From positions 1 through 44,074 of the forward strand of contig JASVEC010000136.1 in the NCBI GenBank assembly GCA_030770535.1: a DNA stretch of 44,074 nucleotides, in the 5' to 3' direction. This DNA comes from Batkoa obscura. Lineage: Eukaryota. The stretch's first letter is position 1. Every line of letters starts with the position of its first letter. The notes under the pieces are model-generated. The model did not search any database. It saw only the letters and a list, made by a program, of their open reading frames with translations, and was not told the DNA's origin. Positions 24,005 to 33,416 of this stretch are shown here, piece after piece. The translations under genes were made by a program, and so were the position numbers.

Positions 24005-24480
24005 TATTATAGGTTTTTGAGTTTATGCTGTAAGGTCTTATTTGTCAAATAAAAATACACCTCACCTTCAACAAATAAAAAGATTTGAAGCTAAATATTA
24101 AGCAGAGATTTGTCCTTGATTGTAGCTTTGTAGCTATATTACAATTAAACCTAACTTATAGTAATTTCTAATCTCAGTATTTACTAATATAGTTTTTTAA
24201 TGCCTAACCTTTGATTTTTTTTAGCAAAATTTTACCCTTAAATAAACTATTAGTTAAAAAGAGTTACAAAGCTGTAGTTAAACAAAAAATACATTTCCAT
24301 TCATTCTTAAGAATTTTACTAATTTTTCCACTCAAGTAGTGCTTAAAAATTGAAAAAGTCGTGAAACTAAAAAAATATTCTTAAATCTCTACTTAATATT
24401 TGGCTGTAAACCCTTTTATTTGTTGATATGTTTTTGACAAATAAGACCTTAGAGCTTAAGCCTAACAACTTATATTATAT
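24005..24480. repeat. Imperfect long inverted repeat (foldback), arms ~100 bp, with a partial MITE at ~24290-24380 inside
   Basis: TAAGGTCTTATTTGTCAAA...TCAACAAATAAAA...AAATATTAAGCAGAGATTT (24031-24111) is the reverse complement of AAATCTCTACTTAATATTT...TTTTATTTGTTGA...TTTGACAAATAAGACCTTA (24383-24451). Confidence 0.75.
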
Positions 24481-24937
24481 CAGGTATTTAGCGTTATTTA
24501 AAAAAATTAAAATGGCCTCATTAAGTGATTTTAAAAACATAAGTTGAGCTAAATAAAGATCCAATTGAATTAAATTTAAAAGACAAATTACTTCATCTCT
24601 TTTGTAAATCTTTAGCTGTCAATTTAAAAAAATAGTAGAATCGATTCAAATATAAAGGGTTAGAGTGCTAAAAAAATTAGCTTTCTAAATCGTCTAAAAC
24701 TCCACTAGTTAATTTGCAATAGAGTTGAAATAGCTATAAATGCCATATTTTTAAATTTAAGATTAAATTTAGTAAAATTAGTACATGTTTAAGAGTGAAA
24801 GGAAGATCACATAGATTAACCGTATCTTAAAGTGGTGTAAAAAAATAAAGAAAAATCATTGTTAATGATATTTATAAAGACGATAAGAAACTGGTTTCTT
24901 AATTCAATTAATCATTAGTCTATATTCTAACTATAAA

Positions 24938-26044
24938 ATGAAATTATTTTCAGCTGACCTTTTATCACTATTACTTGTTAATCTAGGATTAATTAATTAT
25001 GTAATATGTGTTGAACCTGGACTCTTAGATGGCTTACTTAAAAAGAGACCAGTTTACTACAATAAAGATTTACCAACTGTGAATGCTAAGTCTTTTATAA
25101 ATGATCCATTTAGGCTTCTTAAGGATGTGCATAATAATACAATGACACTTATAAAAAACCCATTTGCCTTTCAACAGATCTTACAAGATGACATTAAAAA
25201 GTTAGCAGATGGATTTAAGGATTTATTACCTCAAAGTATATTATTGCCAACAAATACTAACTTAAAAAAAGTAACTGAAGAGGAGGCCAAAAACATTGCT
25301 TATTATGCTGGAACTTCTTTCTGTGATGAAAAAAAATTACAAACTTGGAGTTGTACTCATTGCGAAAGTTTACCAGACTCGAAGTTATTCAAAATTTATT
25401 TTGATAAAGATACGGAAGGTAGAGGAGTGCTTGTAACAAATCAGAAGAAGAAGTTGATAGTGTTAGCCTTTCGTGGATCCTCGACGGTCAACAATTGGTT
25501 GCAAGATGCTCGCTTTCGCCTTGTCCCATTGTATGGTAATGATCGTAAGATCAAAGTTCATTCTGGGTTTAAATTAACGGCAGATAATTTATTTGGTCTA
25601 TATAAAGACGATTTGAAATTAATATTATCTACCTACCCAGACTATCAATTAATTACAACCGGTCATTCTTTGGGAGGTGCAGTATCTACCTTATCAATGG
25701 TAAGGATTAAAGATGAGTTTAATATTCCTGATAGCCAATTAATTAACGTAAGCTATGGCTCTCCAAGGATTGGAAATTATAATTTTGCGTTAAAAATTAG
25801 TTCAATGGGGCATAGTTCTTTAAGAGTTACTAGTAAAAGTGATGCTATACCTCACCTACCCCCAAGGATGTTGGGTTATGTCCACCATTTAACAGAGTTG
25901 TGGGTTAACGATCCAAAAGGTAAAAATAAAGTTTGTGACAGTAAAATATTTGAAGATGTAAGTTGCTCTTTGTCTATTGAACCTAGAGTCAAACCTTTAG
26001 ATCATCTTACTTATTGGGATATTCCAATCTGCGGAGAATGTTAG
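24938..26044 (+). CDS. Secreted class-3 lipase 4, intronless
   Basis: AFRGS, VHSGF, GHSLGG, GSPRIGN, DAIPH, DHL. Confidence 0.93.
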   Translation: MKLFSADLLSLLLVNLGLINYVICVEPGLLDGLLKKRPVYYNKDLPTVNAKSFINDPFRLLKDVHNNTMTLIKNPFAFQQILQDDIKKLADGFKDLLPQSILLPTNTNLKKVTEEEAKNIAYYAGTSFCDEKKLQTWSCTHCESLPDSKLFKIYFDKDTEGRGVLVTNQKKKLIVLAFRGSSTVNNWLQDARFRLVPLYGNDRKIKVHSGFKLTADNLFGLYKDDLKLILSTYPDYQLITTGHSLGGAVSTLSMVRIKDEFNIPDSQLINVSYGSPRIGNYNFALKISSMGHSSLRVTSKSDAIPHLPPRMLGYVHHLTELWVNDPKGKNKVCDSKIFEDVSCSLSIEPRVKPLDHLTYWDIPICGEC

Positions 26045-26196
26045 AAAATTTACTATTTGAATAAAATTCGCCATATAAAATAGAAGTCATTCAAGTTTTT
26101 CTTACAGCTCATACTGAATTAAATTGTTTTTCACTACTCTATTTGCTTATTGATGTTGCTCTAAAAATAAAGTATAAAAAAACAAAAACAATATAT

Positions 26197-26289
26197 AGGT
26201 ATATCTTTTTTGATATAACCACTTTTTCCACTTTTTAAGTACTGTTGAAAGAAAAAAACTTGCAAATCTCTTATAAAAAAGACATCCTC
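26197..26289 (-). mobile_element. Degenerate MITE copy (reverse)
   Basis: ACTTTTTCCACTTTTTAAGTACT...AAAAAAGACATCCTC|ATAT. Confidence 0.6.
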
Positions 26290-26531
26290 ATATCGTTATT
26301 CGGCTTGCTGATACTCATATCAATTCGGATTAAGCTTTAAATACATTTATATCTGTCTCAAGGAACGTATACATAATGCATATTATATTACTTTCATTTA
26401 AAAATTCATAATTTTTATTTATAAAATGCTACTACTTACTATTTTACTTTTATATCATATGATATTTTCTGTTTTAACTAATTTATAATAATATTCTGAT
26501 TATACTTTTCAATATTTAAATAGTGATTATA

Positions 26532-26626
26532 GGGGATGTATTTTTAGGTTTAACAATTTATTAACAATTTTTCCGCTTAAATAAACTTAAAAAATGGAAA
26601 AAGTCAGAAAACTAAAAAAAACACTC
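26532..26626 (+). mobile_element. MITE copy
   Basis: GGGGATGTATTTTT...CTTAAAAAATGGAAAAAGTC...AAACACTC|ATAT. Confidence 0.8.
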
Positions 26627-26689
26627 ATATATAATAATAAAATTGAATTGAAAAATCAAGTAACAACTTTAATATAAAACCCCAGCATA

Positions 26690-27052
26690 TCACTTACAAT
26701 AAGAGGTATCAACATACTCCCAAGCAGCGTTAAAAGTGCCTGAATCTGTGCCAAATAACTGAATGAAAGCATAATTACAAAGATCTAAATTATTACCACC
26801 AGAATCTACTACGGTGACGTAAACAGACTGGTTAGTCAACTGGTTGCTCACTTTTAAGCAAGAGAAACAGTCTTTTTTATCTAAATTTTGGACCGCAGTA
26901 ATATAGTTTAAGTTTACTCCCTTTGGTATCGCTCCACAAAATGGCGGATATTTGTTTATTTCAGATAGTTCGTTACTGTACAAGTGAGTACTTATTAATT
27001 TGCTGGATAAAACTGAAGACAGTAAGCAGAAAAAAGTTAAAAGAGCTTTCAT
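26690..27052 (-). CDS. Small secreted RlpA-like double-psi beta-barrel (expansin/barwin-like) protein, 120 aa
   Basis: Signal-peptide-like start; CG, C..CLKV, SVYVTVVD, LDL...AF..L and terminal WEYV..C pattern typical of DPBB proteins. Confidence 0.75.
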   Translation of the reverse strand: MKALLTFFCLLSSVLSSKLISTHLYSNELSEINKYPPFCGAIPKGVNLNYITAVQNLDKKDCFSCLKVSNQLTNQSVYVTVVDSGGNNLDLCNYAFIQLFGTDSGTFNAAWEYVDTSYCK

Positions 27053-27799
27053 TTGAGTGTATATTAGCTATTATGTATATTAAGTATAATAAATTTAGTT
27101 ATTTTGATTCATTTTTCCTTTAACATCATATTCAATTTATACTTTGATTTTTTTAAATAAATAAGCATTAAATTTAGTATCTTCAAATGATCTAATCTTT
27201 TCATTTATTCAACACACTACCTATATTTAGACTATGCCTTTGAAAATAATAAGCATTGTTCAGTTAACTAAGCTAACGAATTTAGATTTTTATATTATCA
27301 GTTCAACATGGAATACGATATAGCGCTGATATTATATAATATCATACTAAGTTGTATCACTACATTAAATTGTAATAATACATTTTAGTGCAATAAACCG
27401 TGTTATTATATTTAAATCTCAAAAAATAAGATACTATTTTAAAGGGGGATTAAATCAAACTATTTTCTATCTGTTCATACTAAACTAAATAATAGATGTT
27501 GATGAAAAAGTATTATAACATTAAGGGGGACAACATAAAACAACACTACCTAAGTAAGTTTGGTATATCTTTTATATATGCACAATGTTTCTTTGTTTTA
27601 TTATGAGTTATAATTAATTTGTCTTACAATTTTATTTGAGAACGTTAGCAAATAGTAATACTAATGTAATAATATTAAATGAATGTTACATTATTAAGGG
27701 GATAATAAAATAAAAAAGAATACTACTTAATCTTGTAAGCTTGAATCTTCTTTGTGCATAATGCTTTTTGTTTATCTTTTTGTTATTTGTAAAAATATC

Positions 27800-27840
27800 A
27801 GTAATTAGTAATTAGTAATTAGTAATTAGTAATAGTAATG
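27800..27840. repeat. Heptamer tandem repeat (AGTAATT) x ~5
   Basis: agtaattagtaattagtaattagtaattagtaatagtaat read directly. Confidence 0.8.
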
Positions 27841-27996
27841 CAAATAATTGTGATGGTTTATTTTATTAAATGTAATAAATTAGTTTAAACTAAATTTAGA
27901 ACTTAGTTTAAAAAACAGATTAATACTTAATTGGGCTATATTTAGCGTCATTATACCATATTCCCTATTGTATTTATAGTGAAGCATTAAGTAAAT

Positions 27997-29142
27997 TTAA
28001 CAAGTCCCACTTATATGAATATCCCAATATACGAAATGATCTTGAACTGAAAGTTCAGGTTCCATTGATAATGAGCAATTTGGATCTTCATAGACTGATT
28101 GATCACAAAATTTATTTAACTTTGGTGGTGTTTCTACCCAAAATTCACGTTGATGGTGAGCATAACCTAATAATCTTGGTGGTATATGTGGTACAATATC
28201 TCTTTTGTTCGTTACTCTTAATACTCGATGTTTCATTGAATTATATTTCAACGCAAAATGGTGATTTCCAACCCTTGGTGAACCATAGCTTATGTTAATT
28301 AATCGATCATCTTTGATATTTAGCTTTTCTTTAATTTTTATTGTTGCTAAAGAAGAGACTGCCCCGCCTAAAGAATGACCAGTTATAATTAAATTAAAAT
28401 CAGAATATTGTTTCAATAACTCTTTTAAATCATTGGAATATAATTTAAATAATTTTTCATTCATAGCTTTAAACCCGGAATGCACCTTGATTTTAAAATT
28501 ACCGAAATATAGATTTGTTAATAAAACCTGTGCATTTGAAAACCAGTTATAAATATTGGAGGTACCACGAAATGACAACACGATATTTTTACCTCTCTCA
28601 TCAATGATAAGTACCGCTTTACCCTGGGTTACTTCGTCAAGGTAAATCCCAAACGCTCTAGCTTCCGGAAATTGTTGACAACGGGTACAATTCCAACTTA
28701 CAATATTGCTATTATTACAATATGATGTACCAGCAAGATATGCCATTCTTTTAGCATATGGTTCATCTACACTAATTAAATTGATACTCGTAGGTAACGG
28801 TATACTTTTAGGTTGTAATTCTTGGAATATCTCAGCAACTTTATTCAGATCCCCTCTTAAGGATTTTTGAAATCTTTCTGAGTTATCTTTAAAAGCTAAT
28901 GGATTTATTGCAGTTTCTAGGGTGGTATTGACCGTGCTTTCAGCTATTCCTAAAGTCCCTCCCGTCACTTTCACTGCTAATCCTAGCGATTTTTTTGTTA
29001 TATCATTAGCTAAATGAAGAGTTTGGCTCACTGGGCCATTTTCAATTACCACTTTTACACCTGTTATGTTATTTATTAATATTGAATTGAATATCAATAA
29101 ATAACAATATAAAAAGCTTGATAACGATGACAATAGTTTCAT
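27997..29142 (-). CDS. Secreted class-3 lipase 5, intronless, inverted relative to lipases 1-4
   Basis: SFRGT, VHSGF, GHSLGG, GSPRVGN, DIVPH, DHF. Confidence 0.93.
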   Translation of the reverse strand: MKLLSSLSSFLYCYLLIFNSILINNITGVKVVIENGPVSQTLHLANDITKKSLGLAVKVTGGTLGIAESTVNTTLETAINPLAFKDNSERFQKSLRGDLNKVAEIFQELQPKSIPLPTSINLISVDEPYAKRMAYLAGTSYCNNSNIVSWNCTRCQQFPEARAFGIYLDEVTQGKAVLIIDERGKNIVLSFRGTSNIYNWFSNAQVLLTNLYFGNFKIKVHSGFKAMNEKLFKLYSNDLKELLKQYSDFNLIITGHSLGGAVSSLATIKIKEKLNIKDDRLINISYGSPRVGNHHFALKYNSMKHRVLRVTNKRDIVPHIPPRLLGYAHHQREFWVETPPKLNKFCDQSVYEDPNCSLSMEPELSVQDHFVYWDIHISGTC

Positions 29143-29636
29143 TTAATGACAATGAAAGTATATGTAGAAAATTGAAGTAAAAATTTTGGTCGGATATATT
29201 TAAAGTAATTAAGAAGCCAGTCTTTTATTACTTTTAAATTTACTGAGTTTATTTTATCAAATTCTCTATCTAACTTTATTGATTTGGGTTTTTATATCGT
29301 TAGATTTATCACATTGAATTAGCTAAATAGAGTTAATTTTAATAGCTTCATCTTAAAGAGAATAATGGCACAGTACTTTATTTGGTGATTTGCAATGGCT
29401 CTGAATTTAAAATAATAGTTGTACAACTTTTAGTATTGTGATTTAAAAAGTTTGGGACTTTTCACTTAGCTTCAAATGCTATTAACAATAAAGTAAAATT
29501 CTTTCAATACCTTGTTCTACAAGGTTTGAAAAAAATTATAAAATCCTTTTTTCAATAATTAGCACATCTTTTTTGTTAAACCTTGCAAATAATTTGCATT
29601 AAAAAAAATTGTATCGTTTGATAAAATGTAAAATAT

Positions 29637-29733
29637 GGGGATATATTTTTATATTCAAGAATTTTACTAACAGTTTTTCCATTCAAATAGCACTCAAAAG
29701 ATGGAAAAAGTAATGGAGCCAAAAAAAAACATC
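29637..29733 (+). mobile_element. MITE copy (first of a head-to-tail pair)
   Basis: ATAT|GGGGATAT...GGAGCCAAAAAAAAACATC|ATAT. Confidence 0.85.
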
Positions 29734-29737
29734 ATAT

Positions 29738-29830
29738 GGGAATGTGTCTTGTTTAAGAATTTTACTAATAATCTTTCCGCTAAAATAGCGCTTTAAAATG
29801 GAAAAACTCATGGAACCAAAAAAAAAACCC
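29738..29830 (+). mobile_element. MITE copy (second of the pair, shares ATAT with the first)
   Basis: ATAT|GGGAATGT...GGAACCAAAAAAAAAACCC|ATAT. Confidence 0.85.
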
Positions 29831-30178
29831 ATATATTGTTAAAAATATATGACAGCTTACAATTAAATGTCTTTTATTGTTTTTAATTTAGAGTCGATTT
29901 TTTTGATATGGGTATAAGAATTATAGTCTTTATATTTAAATTCATAGCAAAATAATTTGGCTACAAATTAAAAACAAAGAACATCCAGCTACAAGTTACT
30001 CTAATGGGGTTTTCAATAACTTAAATGTTCAAATGTTAAATTTCTTTTTTTTGTATTACAAAGAGTAGATACATACCTCTTTGTCTTTGTTTAGCCTAAT
30101 CTTATTTTCTGACTGATTTTGTTAATATTTCTTTCAATTTTATTTTGTTGTTGAGCCTTGATAAAATCATGAGTACAT

Positions 30179-30271
30179 GAGTATATTCCCTTGTTTCATC
30201 AACTTTTCCATTTTTAAACGCTACCTGAGTGGAAAAATTGTAGTAAAATCCTTGAACGAAAGAACATTCCC
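30179..30271 (-). mobile_element. MITE copy (reverse, diverged)
   Basis: GTTTCATCAACTTTTCCATTTTTAAACGCTACCTGAGTGGAAAA...ACATTCCC|ATAT. Confidence 0.8.
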
Positions 30272-31646
30272 ATATAGCCTCCTTCTGATAAGAACGACCA
30301 TTACCAGTTCTAATGACTGCATTATACTATTTATTAGTAGCGTTTTTGGCATTAAAACTATTGGGCTTTTGATCACAGGCATAAATAAATGGTAGCATAA
30401 ATAATTGTCCATGAGAATCGAAATCATTTTACTAACGATGTTTCTTTTTGAAGAGATAAAATAAGCAATCACTCTAGATTCTGTGGCTAAAAAAGCCTTG
30501 ATTCTGAGTAGGCTTCATCACGTCGATCATTGCCTCCTTCCTATTGGTATTCTCAATTTCGATTAATATATGTACCTTTACATTCGCTTTTACTATTTGA
30601 TTGACATTTTTTATGCCATAAATGGTCACTACTTATCACAAATCCACAACTAACTGCATTTACTACTGAAATGAAAATTTACTCAAAAGAATCTAAAAGT
30701 TTGGAAATACCATAGTTGGAAGCATGTTTAGGAAAACTATCTATTGAAGTAATAGTAGTGACTAATTGTATCCATTCACATAGTAGATACCGCCATGACA
30801 AACAGTACCCTTTAATGATGAAGTACTGGTTAATGGAAAGTAATAGCTTTTATTGAATAAAATTTATATATGCCAGCAATTAAAGATACAATAGCGGCAT
30901 CACAGGAACTAGCAGCGATAGGATATAGCTATCTATTTATTCCATTTATCAAATGATGGTTATTCTGGATATTAAAGACACGAGTGATAATATCTTCCCT
31001 ATTAAAAAGACCTTGGTTTTTTTAATGCTTTCTATTTTAATAAAAGCAGTTGTTTCATTTTCTAGTTTTTCAATAGTTAAAAGAATGTCTATTTTATTCA
31101 CTCTTATTATGTTCTGGCTATCTAATTTATAAATTTTTACACAATTTTTGATTTTGCTAACATTGTCCCCATTGACCATATTAAGATGGTTAAGCTTATA
31201 GTCAACTATTCTAGCTTTCCAAAAATGGTTAGGGTTAAAAACAAGTAAAGTATGTAGGGATAGATTGATTTTTGTATTATTTAATATAATTTGAATGTCG
31301 TTAATTTACTATTTATGCTGTTAAAGTTAGTTTGAGATGTACCAGAATGTTTTTATGAAATCAAGTGGTATATCAGAATAGTCTACTATTACTGTCAAGT
31401 TACAATGTGCTGCAAACGATAAATCTAAGTTATTTTTTGGTATTATCTAAAGATATATAAGCCCATATCGAATAAAAAAAAGTCTAACAGTTAAAATGAG
31501 TTACATCATATTACTACTATAAAATTGGTAGTTTATTACATACCTTTTAAAACTAACCATTGATATCTTAATATAAAAATAACAAAACAACATATAAATA
31601 AAGTCAGAAACCTTGATACATAACTTTATTTACACTTAGTCATCGA

Positions 31647-32264
31647 TTAATTAGCAATTTGTCTTGTTCTACTCAAAGTATCATTTAATATAATACCCAA
31701 TGTAAATAAAAAGATATCTAAATCTTGGTCATCAAGATTAATAAACTGTTTTAAAGTATTTGAATGTAAAAGAGAGTATTTATATGTCAATATAATATCA
31801 GAATCTGGACCAGATAACTTCCATTTACCGCCAAACTTACTTTCTCCCCATTTATATTCTGCTATTCGACTGTCGTGATCGATTAAATGAAGGTGATACT
31901 CAGGTTTTTCCTTAATAATCACGGAATATAATTTGACGCTTTTGTATTTTATCTTATTAGTGATATTAACAACTTCCCAAAAGGTATACATACACATAAA
32001 GTTACATTCTTTCAGATTCAATACTACATTCCCATTTTTATTTGTAAATTCTGCTGATTTCGTTTTTAAAGTACACTTATATTCGGTTCTGTTATCACCT
32101 TTAATAATTACGCTTCTCTCTACTGTCCCTGAATTTTTAACAACAAAATTCATAATCTCTTTTTGATTCTCATCATTAAATAAGATGCCATTCGAATTTC
32201 TTTCTTCCATGTTGACCTCATCATAGCTAGGTGGTAATGGTGATTTTTTTTCTTTACCAAACAT
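31647..32264 (-). CDS. Hypothetical protein, 205 aa, N-terminal PPSY motif
   Basis: Long intronless ATG-started ORF in very AT-rich DNA; LPPSYDE (PPxY) near the N-terminus; beta-rich body ending in a hydrophobic helix, loosely reminiscent of tubby/LURP-like folds (speculative). Confidence 0.6.
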   Translation of the reverse strand: MFGKEKKSPLPPSYDEVNMEERNSNGILFNDENQKEIMNFVVKNSGTVERSVIIKGDNRTEYKCTLKTKSAEFTNKNGNVVLNLKECNFMCMYTFWEVVNITNKIKYKSVKLYSVIIKEKPEYHLHLIDHDSRIAEYKWGESKFGGKWKLSGPDSDIILTYKYSLLHSNTLKQFINLDDQDLDIFLFTLGIILNDTLSRTRQIAN

Positions 32265-32577
32265 TATAAACTAATATTTTTATAAATTTAAAAGTTCTTT
32301 GAATTTTACTTTATATTTTTTTACCATTTCTAATTAGAAAACATTAATTCTTTTTTTTAAATCCATTATTATATCATGAGAAATGCTAATGTTTGACCTG
32401 CTTAATATGCCGCTATATGCATATTGTTCTTGTATAAAAATTGTTTAATTGTTACTTGAAATAAAAATTTGATTATGAAATTGAAATAATAAATAGTTAT
32501 CTCATTATTAGAAATCAATTTATTATTATATTGCATTTTTATTCTCACTTTTGAACCCTTATATTGAACAAAATACA

Positions 32578-32672
32578 GAAGCGTCTTTTTAATTTCATCA
32601 CTTTTTTCTTTTTTTAAGCACTATTTGAGTAGAAAGATTGTTAGTAAAGTTCTTAAACAAAAACACATTCTC
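32578..32672 (-). mobile_element. MITE copy (reverse, ends eroded)
   Basis: TTTCATCACTTTTTT...AAGCACTATTTGAGTAGAAAGATTGTTAGTAAAGTTCTTAAAC. Confidence 0.75.
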
Positions 32673-33416
32673 AAATGTGTCAATCAAACTTTCAACTTTA
32701 TTATCTTGTTTTCATAACTTTTAAAAAATCAATATTTTTATTTTATACTTATTTATAAATAAGTATTGTCATAGTTATCATATTTAAACTATCAACTTAT
32801 TACATTTATTTCTTATAATACTAATTGTTTTTAACATAATATTATGTACTTATGCTATCATTATCACTTATTAAAAATAAATATTGTCTCATTGTCTATA
32901 CTTCTATGGTTTGATTTACTTAAATCTCATTTTACTCTTCTACTTTATTAAAATTACTCAATTAAACAATGATAAGACAATCATTAAGACAATATATATT
33001 TTATTGCAACTTCGATACTACCTTATTTAATTTTTCAGTATTATATCATCCAGCTTTTTGTTGCTTGTTAGAATATAAATCTATAGTAACTCCGAGAAAA
33101 AAATTGTAAAAAAATAACTTCAATTTTCTATAATAGATTTAACTATTTCTTTTTTCGTTATATTACAAACTAATAAAGTATTTTTTTATTCGTCATTAAA
33201 TTTGTATAAAACTATTTGTTTTTTGTTATGAAATTTAGAACTAATTTTCGCTTTTTTAATTAGCTTAAAAATTGAACAAAAATTACTAGAATTTAAAATC
33301 CTCCCTATTTTTTCAAAATACAAAATAAAGAATAATCCTATTATGTAAAAATATCTTGATATTTAAAAACATGAGTCATTTTTCATTCCTCTTAGAATTA
33401 GACATAGAAATAAATC

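Noticed and set aside
27505..27780. Diverged ~180-bp direct duplication (ATTAAGGGG...ACTAC.TAA...GTAAG) between the DPBB gene and lipase 5
   Set aside because: Low identity in AT-rich DNA, no ORF or termini; too weak to call.
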